Origin: a virus
DNA: 64,000 bases
Strand: one strand, 5' to 3'
Virus record (IMG/VR): IMGVR_UViG_3300044730_000222
Span: 1-64,000 of that record
Below, one piece after another: positions 45,187-54,625 of this stretch. The first letter of the stretch is position 1. The number at the start of each line of letters is the position of its first letter. Position numbers and translations under genes: made by a program. A model generated the notes under the pieces. It was not told the origin of the DNA, made no database searches, and was given only the letters and a program-made list of their open reading frames with translations.

Positions 45187-45431
45187 TCTTTTTTAGTCTT
45201 ATGATTGTTAAACTCTTTAGATATTTCTCCGCTTTCTAGATAAATACCGCCCCAAACGCCCCACTCTTTACCAGACACACCAACAGCAAAACATTGTCTT
45301 GCTACTGGGCATGTTCTACAAAGAGCATCTACAAATTCTCTTGACTCTAAATTTTCTTCATAGTTATCAAAAAATATATTTGTGTCAGATCCAAGACATT
45401 CAGCATTATCTTTCCATAAATGCTGTTTCAT
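45150..45431 (-). CDS. whiB: WhiB-family Fe-S transcription factor
   Basis: W...A.C, FF, C..CPV...C and GVWGG motifs. Confidence 0.9.
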   Translation of the reverse strand: MKQHLWKDNAECLGSDTNIFFDNYEENLESREFVDALCRTCPVARQCFAVGVSGKEWGVWGGIYLESGEISKEFNNHKTKKDWSYTWQALTME

Positions 45432-45434
45432 GGC

Positions 45435-45644
45435 TTATCCCTTATACTTGTTCGGAATATCCCATCCATTGCGAGTAACTGTGTAAATGCGCTGAACATA
45501 CCAGACTCCATCTACCCTAACCCCATTGACGGCAGTACGACCTGCTTCAGAACGTTTACGATCCGCTACATCCCAGCCAACCCAATATAGGTTGTTGTTG
45601 CGAGCAACGATCTTTTCCATTCTTTCTAAATTATTTACAATCAT
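45435..45644 (-). CDS. Hypothetical protein
   Basis: ORF track; AGGAG RBS. Confidence 0.65.
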   Translation of the reverse strand: MIVNNLERMEKIVARNNNLYWVGWDVADRKRSEAGRTAVNGVRVDGVWYVQRIYTVTRNGWDIPNKYKG

Positions 45645-45652
45645 TGTTTCTC

Positions 45653-46003
45653 CTAATATCTAAAAATTCCTACTTCAACATTTTTTAGTTCTGCTTCAGC
45701 AACCAATTTTGATATAGGCTGTTTTGGCTTACTTAAGAATGCAAAGTAATTTATGTATTCCATATTCTTACTAATCCAAGAAGGAGGAACTTTGTAGTTT
45801 TTTATTTTCATTCCACGGGCCTTCATACCACGTTCAGAAAGATTACAAAATTCTAAAACCATAGAATTAATTTTTACTGGGCCAGCAGAATAAATATTTA
45901 GTTCTTTGTCTTCGCTATTCATGCTAGACATCGCTACACCCATAGCACGTAAAAATACATTATAGTCACTAAAATCACTAGTGCCTTGAACTGCTACTAT
46001 CAT
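45653..46003 (-). CDS. SLOG/DUF2493-like protein
   Basis: I.V.G...F.DY N-terminal motif. Confidence 0.5.
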   Translation of the reverse strand: MIVAVQGTSDFSDYNVFLRAMGVAMSSMNSEDKELNIYSAGPVKINSMVLEFCNLSERGMKARGMKIKNYKVPPSWISKNMEYINYFAFLSKPKQPISKLVAEAELKNVEVGIFRY

Positions 46004-46006
46004 TCT

Positions 46007-46387
46007 CTACCCCCTTTTTAAATTATCCAATACAAACATCATTTTGTCAACATCTTGTTGAGACATTTTTGATGTATCAACTGGCTCAGCATTAGCAAAA
46101 TCTGGAGAATCTTTTATTAGTTCTGCAGTATAAAAAATATTATCTGCTACCCAATATGCTCTGTCTTCAATTACTACTACCTTTATTGAATTTTTTCTTG
46201 CATGTTTTTTCAATTGAGAATCTGGCTTTTCTTCCATCTTCTCTGGAACATATCTTCTTAAAAGATTGTGCATATCGCTCTGACTATGCATAACACTTTT
46301 TGCAGATATCTTACTTTTTTGATTAACTATAACAATTATAGCAAAGGACACTATAAAAGTCAATATGATTGACCATAAATAGTCCAT
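46007..46387 (-). CDS. Membrane-anchored hypothetical protein
   Basis: N-terminal TM segment. Confidence 0.65.
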   Translation of the reverse strand: MDYLWSIILTFIVSFAIIVIVNQKSKISAKSVMHSQSDMHNLLRRYVPEKMEEKPDSQLKKHARKNSIKVVVIEDRAYWVADNIFYTAELIKDSPDFANAEPVDTSKMSQQDVDKMMFVLDNLKRG

Positions 46388-46571
46388 TTATTTCCTACTA
46401 CTCAGATTTTGTTTTTGTTGTTTTAATTGCTGGAACTGGCGCAGCCTGATTAATGATTAGTTTGTTTAACTTCAATTGAAGTTGTAAAACTTGAAATTCT
46501 AGATCAGATGCTTTTTGTTTGTAGAAGTTAACTAATTGTTTAACTTCATCAATACCTAAGTCTTCCATTGC

Positions 46572-47006
46572 CTACCCCCTTTTTGTGCTAAATGCAGAAC
46601 CCTCCCAGGTCTTTTCCGCTTTGCGCTTTTCACGCTCTACGATTGCACGAGACCAAGAAAATCCTGCGTCTCCACCCCAAGCATCCCACATAATCCTACC
46701 ATTTGAAGGATTACTATTATTATAGAAGTCTTTTCCCTTTTTGTCAACTTCATGACGAGAAAAGAAAGAAAACATTCTTTTTACAGTAGATAATGACATT
46801 GATCTACCAGCAACAATATCTGTGGCACGACCCCAACCAACTGGGGTTCCAGCACCAGTTGCCTTGCCCTCTTCTTTCCAGCGAAGGGCACGTCGTGCTG
46901 CTGATTTCATACCAGATGTAGGGGTATATGTTTCTGCTTTATGAACATCTGATGGTTGTACTACCTTTGTTCTACTTTCCATTTTTTTTCTCCCCATATT
47001 TTCCAA
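46572..47006 (-). CDS. Conserved phage head-associated-like domain protein
   Basis: P..GM..AA.RAL.W...GT.VG..RA...TVKRM.SFF.RH...W..WGG; start uncertain. Confidence 0.55.
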   Translation of the reverse strand: MENMGRKKMESRTKVVQPSDVHKAETYTPTSGMKSAARRALRWKEEGKATGAGTPVGWGRATDIVAGRSMSLSTVKRMFSFFSRHEVDKKGKDFYNNSNPSNGRIMWDAWGGDAGFSWSRAIVEREKRKAEKTWEGSAFSTKRG

Positions 47007-47108
47007 GAACTGCTTTTAAAGTTCCATCTTTACGAAGTCTAACAATCATGCCGTCTTTAATTTGCACGGTATTAAAACCATCATGTCTTTTAAATTTTCC
47101 AGATGACA

Positions 47109-47933
47109 TTATTTTTTAAATGGATTAGGATCTAAAAATGATCCGCTCCAAAGACCTTTCGTTGTTTCACCTTCTTGAGACTTGTATGTTCCTCCACGAC
47201 GTTTATATTCTTGCACTACCCATCCATTAGCAACTGCTGAAGGATAAACGTCAAACTTATCTTTTGCTTCTTGTACAATTCGTGCATAAAGTCTTGGATT
47301 TGAGGGAGTGCTTCCACCTCTACGTGGCTGAATCATTTCTCCATAGTTAGGCTTTTTAGCCTTATCAAGTTCCTCATTAATCATTCTGCGTCTTGCCTCT
47401 TCAATCTCATCATCTTCGTCTTCCATTTCTCTTTCAGAATTTGCATCTTGGTATGGGGCATTTGCAAGTGTTTTTTTATCAATATTAGATTTCATTGTTT
47501 CTTCTGCATCCATTTCGTGCTCCTTAATATCTATTTTTTGTGCATCTGCATACATCATGCCAATACTATATGCAGTTGGTTCCCATTCGCCATCTTCTTC
47601 TTCATAAATTCTTACAGACATAGCAGGATTTTCTGGTGGCATAGAAACAAGAGCATATTCAGATCCAGGAGTTCCAAGAGTTCCACCTTCAGTCATGATA
47701 TGTTCAATCATTCCATGAATAAGACCTTCTGTTGTAGCACCCATAACAAAATCACCCTCTTTAAGAGTGTGCATAGTTTTGCCTATATTGCCCTCAGATT
47801 GGTTTATAGCGTAGATCTGTGCTGCTGCCTGTGTACGAGTATCATGACAGCCCATTACCTCATTGGTACCCACCTTTAAAGCAGGGTAGCCAGAACAACC
47901 GTATGAACCCTTAGCACCTACACGATATGGCAT
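47109..47933 (-). CDS. Multi-domain hypothetical protein (C-terminal DUF5872-like)
   Basis: GCH.T...A..Q at N-terminus; PSA.A....VQEYK.RGG.YK at C-terminus; leaderless. Confidence 0.6.
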   Translation of the reverse strand: MPYRVGAKGSYGCSGYPALKVGTNEVMGCHDTRTQAAAQIYAINQSEGNIGKTMHTLKEGDFVMGATTEGLIHGMIEHIMTEGGTLGTPGSEYALVSMPPENPAMSVRIYEEEDGEWEPTAYSIGMMYADAQKIDIKEHEMDAEETMKSNIDKKTLANAPYQDANSEREMEDEDDEIEEARRRMINEELDKAKKPNYGEMIQPRRGGSTPSNPRLYARIVQEAKDKFDVYPSAVANGWVVQEYKRRGGTYKSQEGETTKGLWSGSFLDPNPFKK

Positions 47934-47945
47934 ACTCTGATTATA

Positions 47946-48320
47946 TCAGAGTTCTTGGCTTTTAAGCAGCCTCTTTATTTCCTCTATAGACCACTGATCT
48001 TCTTTAGATAGTTTAGATATTTCTTCAAGATCATGGGATTTTGGAGCAAGCCTAACGATGGGGGTATCAGACATAAGATCTATGTCAAGAAATCCTTTTT
48101 CCCATAACCCCATAAGTTTATTGTTAACATCATTAAGATGTTCATGATATAGTTCTGGCATTATTTCTTGTATTTTAGGGGTAAATGAGTATAAGAATTC
48201 CCCAGTATTTTTATCTATGCCAGATACCTGTAGGCCACCATTTAAAAGTAAATAGTCAATTGCTGTTTGCTCATCAGGAATTTCTTTTTTATCCCATGAA
48301 TCAGACATCATGTTCAGCAC
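47946..48320 (-). CDS. Hypothetical protein, paralogue of 61192..61428
   Basis: LLL......GID..TG..LY..TPK..E..P shared. Confidence 0.65.
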   Translation of the reverse strand: MLNMMSDSWDKKEIPDEQTAIDYLLLNGGLQVSGIDKNTGEFLYSFTPKIQEIMPELYHEHLNDVNNKLMGLWEKGFLDIDLMSDTPIVRLAPKSHDLEEISKLSKEDQWSIEEIKRLLKSQEL

Positions 48321-48579
48321 TCCCCCTATGTCCTATAAAAATTTCTAAATCTTCTCTAGTTTGTGAACCAATTATTCTTTTTACTTCTATACCGTTTTCA
48401 AACAAAACAAAGGTTGGAACAGACTGAACTGTAAATGTTTTAACTAAATCAGGATTGTCATCAACATCTATTATTTGAAAACGAGCAGTTGTTTGTTCAG
48501 TATTTAACTCTTCAACAATTGGGCGTGTCTTTCTACAAGGCTGACACCAGTCAGCGGTAAAGTAGTAAACTGTTTTCAT
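48301..48579 (-). CDS. Thioredoxin
   Basis: WCQPC, IDVD and SVPTF motifs. Confidence 0.9.
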   Translation of the reverse strand: MKTVYYFTADWCQPCRKTRPIVEELNTEQTTARFQIIDVDDNPDLVKTFTVQSVPTFVLFENGIEVKRIIGSQTREDLEIFIGHRGSAEHDV

Positions 48580-48983
48580 TTTCCAGACTTTTTTCTCTGT
48601 GCTGCTAAGGCAGAAAAATCTTTAACCTTGGTTTCTCCCATGTATCCCCAAGCATATCCATCATTGATCATCATGTCGTTAAGAGATACGGTGTCTCCAT
48701 TTATATATACCCAGCCCAAAATGCGACCATACTTTTCAGAAGAATCCATCTTTTCAGTTTTAATTACAATAGACTTGGCATCTTTAAGATGTTTCTTTAA
48801 ATACTCTTTTGATTCAATTCCCAAACTTTTTTCAAATTTGTCTTTGGTGCGAGATTCTGGAGTGTCTATTCCAGCCATACGAACACGCTGCTCAAAAAGA
48901 ATATTAAAACCAAGATCAATTACAACATCAATGGTATCTCCATCAACTACTGCCCTTACTTCTCTAACGTAGTATTGATACAT
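48576..48983 (-). CDS. Thermonuclease (SNase-like)
   Basis: VVDGDT, R..GIDTPE and KYGR.L motifs. Confidence 0.9.
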   Translation of the reverse strand: MYQYYVREVRAVVDGDTIDVVIDLGFNILFEQRVRMAGIDTPESRTKDKFEKSLGIESKEYLKKHLKDAKSIVIKTEKMDSSEKYGRILGWVYINGDTVSLNDMMINDGYAWGYMGETKVKDFSALAAQRKKSGK

Positions 48984-49246
48984 TAATTGTGACTTCCTAT
49001 CAATTTATTCTCTATCAAACGATCACGCTCATCTACAACTTCTAACATAAAAGCCATCATCTTGGTATAGGCATCTGGATTATTCATAATCTTTTCATAG
49101 TGATGCCCACAGAACATTAGGTCGCCAGTAGAGCCTTTAACCTGAACATATGCTTGTGCTCCGCAACTATCACATCTATCAATAGCCTTAAGCACATATT
49201 CTTTTTTAGTTTCCTTAGAAAACTGATCTAGTATTTGGCTACTCAT
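48983..49246 (-). CDS. Small Zn-binding protein of actinobacterial type
   Basis: DRCD.CGAQAY...L.FCGHH; leaderless. Confidence 0.7.
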   Translation of the reverse strand: MSSQILDQFSKETKKEYVLKAIDRCDSCGAQAYVQVKGSTGDLMFCGHHYEKIMNNPDAYTKMMAFMLEVVDERDRLIENKLIGSHN

Positions 49247-49270
49247 TCTTATATTATACTCCTAGTTTGA

Positions 49271-49975
49271 TTATTCATAATTTTTTTTCTCCCAAAACAT
49301 TTTTTTATAAGCATCAATAAATACACTTTTTAATCTTCTAAAGGATCTGTCTAAATTAGCCACTCCAAACTCTGATTTCCAAGAATCCCTTTTTATTGGA
49401 ATAACCTGTGCAATTGGGGTTCCTTTTGGTATTACACCATTAAAATTTGAATCAGACAAAAAGAATGGAAACTCTATTGCTAAATCATATGAATCTGTAT
49501 CAACAATTCCAGGAAGTATTACCATTTTATTATCATGATGCATTGGTGGAATAAAAAGTGAAGAGTATCCAGGTGGTGTTTTAACTACCCATAAATTGTT
49601 AAATTTTGCAATTTTTAAATTTTCATTAAAACTTGTACTTGGATAGTTTGGAATCTGTACTGTATCATGAAAAGTAATAGTTGGTTGATCTACTGGAGCC
49701 ATACCCCATTTATAAAACGGTATGCCCTCAACAAATGTAATCTCTATATCGCAATATGTTTTTATTAAATAGCCAGAACTCATAGAGTCTAAAAACGGTA
49801 TGCATTTTTTAACTGACAGATTATTGACTTTTCCATAGTCATTTATTGTAGGATATTTAGAATCTATATATGGCTTAACATCCTTATACCATTCTGGTAT
49901 CATAGTTTTTGCTGGTACAGGCTTAATATCATCAAAAGCATCAAAGTCACAATAAAATTTTATGATTTTATCCAT
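49271..49975 (-). CDS. DUF6065-like protein (paralogue 4)
   Basis: KKC.PFLD....GY, KTPPGYS, PGIVDTD and KGTPIAQ.IP.KR motifs; start moved to ATG 49975. Confidence 0.6.
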   Translation of the reverse strand: MDKIIKFYCDFDAFDDIKPVPAKTMIPEWYKDVKPYIDSKYPTINDYGKVNNLSVKKCIPFLDSMSSGYLIKTYCDIEITFVEGIPFYKWGMAPVDQPTITFHDTVQIPNYPSTSFNENLKIAKFNNLWVVKTPPGYSSLFIPPMHHDNKMVILPGIVDTDSYDLAIEFPFFLSDSNFNGVIPKGTPIAQVIPIKRDSWKSEFGVANLDRSFRRLKSVFIDAYKKMFWEKKNYE

Positions 49976-50164
49976 ATTATTTCCTATTATCCGTTCTATA
50001 AAAACCGCTGCCATTAAAAATTGCTGGAGTAGCATTCCAAACCCTCTGCATTAATTGAGAGCAACATGTCGGCCCTCTATCTTCTCCAAATTCTTTGCGA
50101 AACTCTATTACGGTTCCACATAAAATACATTTATAGTCATAAACTGGCATATATCAAGTATATC

Positions 50165-50440
50165 CTATGCGGTTCTCATTGTCAATCTAGTATATGTGCG
50201 TATTCTGTGGCAATTGGCACATACCACCTCACACTTTTTAATCTCTTTCATAATTGCCTTCCAAGAAAATCCATCGTGAATCATTCTAGAGACATTGTAT
50301 TTTTTGTCTCTTATGTGATCAAAATCTAATACTATGTGATTTTTTTCTCCGCAGTCTACGCATCCACTTGCTATCTTTATTTCAGCAAGTTTCTTTTTAT
50401 ACTGCTGTTTATTATAGTGTGCTAGTTCTTTTTCAGTCAT
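50165..50440 (-). CDS. HNH endonuclease-like protein
   Basis: GCVDCG...LDFDH...EI.KC.VVCANCHR.R; same family as 16226..16612. Confidence 0.8.
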   Translation of the reverse strand: MTEKELAHYNKQQYKKKLAEIKIASGCVDCGEKNHIVLDFDHIRDKKYNVSRMIHDGFSWKAIMKEIKKCEVVCANCHRIRTYTRLTMRTA

Positions 50441-50469
50441 AGCAATTACATTATAGCAAAGATTATTTG

Positions 50470-50548
50470 AGCCCCGCATAGGAATTCAAGCACGAAGGCC
50501 GAATTTAAGGAAAAGGTAACTAGTCCATCCCAAGGCCTATGCGGGGAC
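50470..50548 (-). ncRNA. Putative ~78-nt structured sRNA
   Basis: Perfect 11-bp terminal stem CCCCGCATAGG/CCTATGCGGGG; TATAAT at 50553-50558 just upstream; the next gene has its own promoter. Confidence 0.55.
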
Positions 50549-50563
50549 TTCTATTATACTCTT

Positions 50564-50995
50564 TTACTTTTTAGCAACTTTAATAGCAATTTCCTTTGGC
50601 TTTTTTTCCTCTGGAACAATGCGATCAATGTCAATGTGAAGCATTCCATCTTTCATCTCTGCTCCAGTTACTTCCATATATTCACCAAGAGCAAATGTGC
50701 GGGTAAACTTGCGTGTTGCAATACCCTTATGAATTGCTTCTCCTTCAGTTTCTGTAGTGATTTCTCCCTTAACCACAAGAGTTCCATCTTCAACAGTTAC
50801 TTTTACATCATCTTTTGTGAAGCCAGCAACCGCTACAGACAACTTAAAGGTATCTTCATCTACCTTAATTAAATCATAAGGTGGATAAGATTGACGTGTT
50901 GCGGTATTGTGTACATGATTAAAGCGGTTCAATTCACGATTGAAACCAATAAAAAAAGGATCTTTAAAAAGATCCAGGGTATACGAACTTACCAT
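50564..50995 (-). CDS. Small heat-shock protein Hsp20
   Basis: YPPY, AVAGF, H.GI..R.F.R.F.L and DG.L motifs; AAGGAG RBS before ATG 50995. Confidence 0.9.
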   Translation of the reverse strand: MVSSYTLDLFKDPFFIGFNRELNRFNHVHNTATRQSYPPYDLIKVDEDTFKLSVAVAGFTKDDVKVTVEDGTLVVKGEITTETEGEAIHKGIATRKFTRTFALGEYMEVTGAEMKDGMLHIDIDRIVPEEKKPKEIAIKVAKK

Positions 50996-51053
50996 TTTAT
51001 TCTCCTTTTCAGCGAGTTTGTATGCGTACCCCCATTTGGCGGGTACAAAATAA

Positions 51054-51419
51054 TTATAGCATATCCTTAGCCAAATACGCAATAGCCCTATTAAGTCTAT
51101 CTATGCTATCTTGAAATACTCCAAGACCTCTATTACAATTATGGCATAAATGTCCTCTAAAACTATCTTTGATATGGTCATGATCTACTACCCAAACACT
51201 AGCATTTCCACCAGTACCTTTTAATTCTTCTTCATTTTTTAAACAAATAGGACATACATATCCTTCTGGTGGATAACCATGTAATTTTTTAAGAATATCT
51301 CTTTCTTTAGATAATTTATTTGCACAAGACTTACATTCAGGTCTTAAATATTTACCACCTGAAGATGGAGAAAATTGAGAATCATCTAAACTTGTTTTAC
51401 ATTTACTGCAAGTCTTCAC
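51054..51419 (-). CDS. Endonuclease VII-like protein
   Basis: CPIC...VDHDH....RG.LC..CN.GLG.F.D. Confidence 0.85.
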   Translation of the reverse strand: MKTCSKCKTSLDDSQFSPSSGGKYLRPECKSCANKLSKERDILKKLHGYPPEGYVCPICLKNEEELKGTGGNASVWVVDHDHIKDSFRGHLCHNCNRGLGVFQDSIDRLNRAIAYLAKDML

Positions 51420-51420
51420 G

Positions 51421-51492
51421 AGCCTCCTATAGGATTTGAACCTATGACAACCCGCTTACAAGGCGGGTACTCTACCCCTGAGTTAAGGAGGC
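51421..51492 (-). tRNA. tRNA-Thr(UGU)
   Basis: GCCTCCT/AGGAGGC acceptor stem; CCCGC-CTTGTAA-GCGGG anticodon arm; GGTTCAAAT T-loop; no encoded CCA. Confidence 0.92.
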
Positions 51493-51496
51493 AAAG

Positions 51497-51567
51497 AGCG
51501 GATAGCGAGAATTGAACTCGCACATTAACCTTGGCAAGGTTACGAACTACCACTATGCAATATCCGC
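51497..51567 (-). tRNA. tRNA-Gly(GCC)
   Basis: GCGGATA/TATCCGC acceptor stem; TAACC-TTGCCAA-GGTTA anticodon arm; GTTCAAT T-loop. Confidence 0.9.
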
Positions 51568-51586
51568 CTTAGCCTACAAAAATAGA

Positions 51587-52429
51587 CTAATTGTTTACAT
51601 CTACAAACAAATTAGTTGTAAATGATTCTAACGATGCAGGCTTAGCAACAGACTTTAGATAATTATAAGTATCAGAGAAGTTACCCTTATAATTCTTAGC
51701 CCAATAAGCAGCAAGTGCTGATGTAGCAGCAGAAGTTCCCATTGATCCGTTTACTGTGCCAAGGGCAAAGAAGTCCACTTCAGCAGATCTATTTGCATAC
51801 CGCTCAACATTGCCACGAACCCCCACAGAACTAACGGCAATTGCTTCCGCAACACAGGAAGGGTAGTCAATCCTTGAATAATCATAACGATTGCCAGTTG
51901 CAAACAATGAACCTACGCCCATATTTTGTAGATTTACAATGGCATTTCTCAATGCTGGATTTACTGGACAGTAATTGCCTTTGGTAGAAAACTTTGTTTC
52001 TCCCACTGCTGCAGATACTGCAACAATATTGAACTTAGTCTTATTCTTTGCTACCCACTCCAAAGCCTGACGAACTGTGCTATTTACATTTACTCCATTA
52101 CGCATGACATTTCCACGATTATCTTGTGGGAAAATACGAATAAACACAATGTTCATATTTGGATTTACCGACTGTGCAATTTGTACCATCTTAGTGCCAT
52201 GCTCAAAACCCTTTGTTGCTGGCATATGTGCAGATCCTGGACCTTCCATATATGACTGCTTATTTGGGCAACGCTTTTCTTCCATAAGGCAAACCTCATA
52301 GAAAACACTTACCTGTGTTGTATCAATTGCTGTATCAATAATTGCAATTGCTGGTTTTTCATTTGCTGATACCGCTGGTAAAAATGCAGCGATAAATAGC
52401 ATTGTTAATAGCCCCACTATTTTTTTCAT
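51587..52429 (-). CDS. Secreted S8 (subtilisin-like) serine peptidase
   Basis: Signal peptide; AIIDT, HGT, ATGN and GTS motifs (Asp/His/Asn/Ser). Confidence 0.8.
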   Translation of the reverse strand: MKKIVGLLTMLFIAAFLPAVSANEKPAIAIIDTAIDTTQVSVFYEVCLMEEKRCPNKQSYMEGPGSAHMPATKGFEHGTKMVQIAQSVNPNMNIVFIRIFPQDNRGNVMRNGVNVNSTVRQALEWVAKNKTKFNIVAVSAAVGETKFSTKGNYCPVNPALRNAIVNLQNMGVGSLFATGNRYDYSRIDYPSCVAEAIAVSSVGVRGNVERYANRSAEVDFFALGTVNGSMGTSAATSALAAYWAKNYKGNFSDTYNYLKSVAKPASLESFTTNLFVDVNN

Positions 52430-52437
52430 TGCTCTCC

Positions 52438-52641
52438 TTATATCATTATTCTAACTACGTGTTGACATGGGTCGCCTCCTGCTTCCCATTCTTCTAACTC
52501 TTCTTCACTCATGTATTGATAGCCACCATCATGAGTATTACAAAAAGGTTCTGTTACCCAGCCTCTTTCAATACCGTTTTGTAGCCAAATGCCAAACTCC
52601 TGATCCTCTGGAGTTAGATCTTCTTCATGAGTATTATTCAT
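52438..52641 (-). CDS. Conserved actinophage hypothetical protein
   Basis: WL..G...GW....C.THDG...DPC.HV.R; leaderless. Confidence 0.7.
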   Translation of the reverse strand: MNNTHEEDLTPEDQEFGIWLQNGIERGWVTEPFCNTHDGGYQYMSEEELEEWEAGGDPCQHVVRIMI

Positions 52642-52656
52642 ATATTTAGTATATAC

Positions 52657-53190
52657 CTAAATGCTCAGAATGTCAATAGGGCCTTTGCAAGATGGGGAGT
52701 GATTAATAGCAGCCTGAACTGCTGCTGCTGCTCTTTTTCGTGTATCTTTTGTTTTTTGTGTAGCATAAAGTGAGCCTAATGCAATATCTCCACCAGAACC
52801 CATTGTTAAATAATCTTGTTCGTATTGCGTTAATGACATGTCACCAGAACTATGCTCATAGATTTTGCCACGAACACAAATTATCATACCAAAATCAGCG
52901 GTTGATGTTGTGTCTACCCACCATTCTTCATAAAATTTTCTGAGGGCTTTAAGAAATCTACTATACATAAATTTATCAATACTGCCACGACCTTCAAATT
53001 CTGGCGGTACAAATAAATGTCTTATTCTATCTCCATCCATTGATCCAGCATATCCAAACAGATAGCCTTCTTTTTTCCAAATCTTTGGACTTGATCCAAC
53101 ACTAATAGAGTTGTCATCTGAAATACCACGATCACCAGCCATCCAGATTTTGTTGTCTATTTTATCTCTTACAGCAACTATACAAGTCAT
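52657..53190 (-). CDS. Proteasome-beta/HslV-like Ntn hydrolase
   Basis: N-terminal (M)TCIVA, D, K and GSG...ALG.L motifs. Confidence 0.75.
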   Translation of the reverse strand: MTCIVAVRDKIDNKIWMAGDRGISDDNSISVGSSPKIWKKEGYLFGYAGSMDGDRIRHLFVPPEFEGRGSIDKFMYSRFLKALRKFYEEWWVDTTSTADFGMIICVRGKIYEHSSGDMSLTQYEQDYLTMGSGGDIALGSLYATQKTKDTRKRAAAAVQAAINHSPSCKGPIDILSI

Positions 53191-53948
53191 TTATTTTTCC
53201 TAGGCAATTGATGATCTAAAAATTTATTTTTTCTTATATCCATACCTCTGTAATATAGTTTGTCCTGTCCAAGATTATTGTTATTTCTGTTATCCCTATC
53301 TATATTATGTTCATTAATTATGTCTAATTCTTCATTAATTGCTGATTCCTCTAAAATATCATATGCATTTTCTAACTTAAAAGAATCACAAAAGTATCTT
53401 GGTATAGGAAGTATTCCCATTATTGGATAGTTCTTTTTTACAGTAATTGGAGAATTTATAAGATCTATTTTAAAATTTAGTGTAAATGTAAATTTTAAAT
53501 TATCTGTTTCTATAACACCAGTCATTGGGCTTATTCCAGGTAATGGAAAATTTGGTGCTGCAATTGTCATTAAATTAACCCCTGGAGGAGTTTTTAAAAC
53601 TACTGGAAAATGAGCGGTAAAAATTCCATGTCCAAATTCTGACTTTAAATGAACATGGTTCATATCATATGGAGCATCACTATCATTTTCTGCAAATATT
53701 TTAATAGCATCTTCTCCATCGTTACCGTCCCATACAACAGTAAAAGTAAAAGGAACACTAAAGGCAAATCCCTGCATATTACCTATTGATAATGGCAAAC
53801 ATCTATAAAAATTAGCAGTAAACCATTCTCTTTCATGACTTTCATTTAATGGTTTTAAAAAAGTTGAAATATCTCCATCAAATCTATTTAAATTATTGCC
53901 TGGAGTCAAAGGTATAAATGCAACGGTTTTATCTGGAATATTTAACAC
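53187..53948 (-). CDS. DUF6065-family protein (paralogue 5)
   Basis: YRCLPL..GN..G, FG.G, TPPG.NL...A.PN, GVIETD and FT.N motifs. Confidence 0.7.
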   Translation of the reverse strand: MLNIPDKTVAFIPLTPGNNLNRFDGDISTFLKPLNESHEREWFTANFYRCLPLSIGNMQGFAFSVPFTFTVVWDGNDGEDAIKIFAENDSDAPYDMNHVHLKSEFGHGIFTAHFPVVLKTPPGVNLMTIAAPNFPLPGISPMTGVIETDNLKFTFTLNFKIDLINSPITVKKNYPIMGILPIPRYFCDSFKLENAYDILEESAINEELDIINEHNIDRDNRNNNNLGQDKLYYRGMDIRKNKFLDHQLPRKNK

Positions 53949-54047
53949 AAAAAAGTTTCCAATGTTTTTAAATAAAAAGTCATTCTAACTCCTTAGTTTT
54001 CTTGTCTTTATAGTATATCAGACAGATTTTTGTAAGTCAAATACCGT

Positions 54048-54623
54048 TTATTTTACAGTTTGTCCACAAGTTGGACAAGTCTTTGTTTCACTAACAGGAT
54101 TAGCAGTCTTTGCTTCTCCTGCTCCTTTAAATTTAGGACGACCAAAGCCTACGATAGAAATCATAACCCCAGCCTTATTTTTCTTGTAGGCACGAAGTTG
54201 TTTGCAAACTTCTCCACCATTTCTTTGGCTTCCCTTTTTACTTGAAGATGTATTTCCTTCAATGCACCAAACAGTTCCATCTTCATTATCTTTAATAACA
54301 ATACCAACATGAGAAATACGATCTACGCCATCTCCTGGAAAATCAAAATACGCAATATCTCCTGGTTCTGGATCACATATTTGTGCATCGTACCAACGTC
54401 CTGATTTCTTAAATGCTGCTGCACCTGAAGGAGTGTAAACAGTATTAGGAACTTTTACTCCTGCTTGATCTGCACACCACATTACGAAACTTCCACACCA
54501 AGGTTGAAAGTCTGACTTAGTAAACTTGCCATACTTTGTTTCATTATCTTTTGGACCTTCAATAGTTCCAACTTCTGCTTTAGCAACTTCAATAAGTTTT
54601 GCTGCTGTTCCCATATCTGCCAT
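54048..54623 (-). CDS. CHAP-domain endolysin
   Basis: PWC..FV.W, PGDI..F, HVGIV and IEGNT motifs. Confidence 0.85.
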   Translation of the reverse strand: MADMGTAAKLIEVAKAEVGTIEGPKDNETKYGKFTKSDFQPWCGSFVMWCADQAGVKVPNTVYTPSGAAAFKKSGRWYDAQICDPEPGDIAYFDFPGDGVDRISHVGIVIKDNEDGTVWCIEGNTSSSKKGSQRNGGEVCKQLRAYKKNKAGVMISIVGFGRPKFKGAGEAKTANPVSETKTCPTCGQTVK

Positions 54624-54625
54624 GA

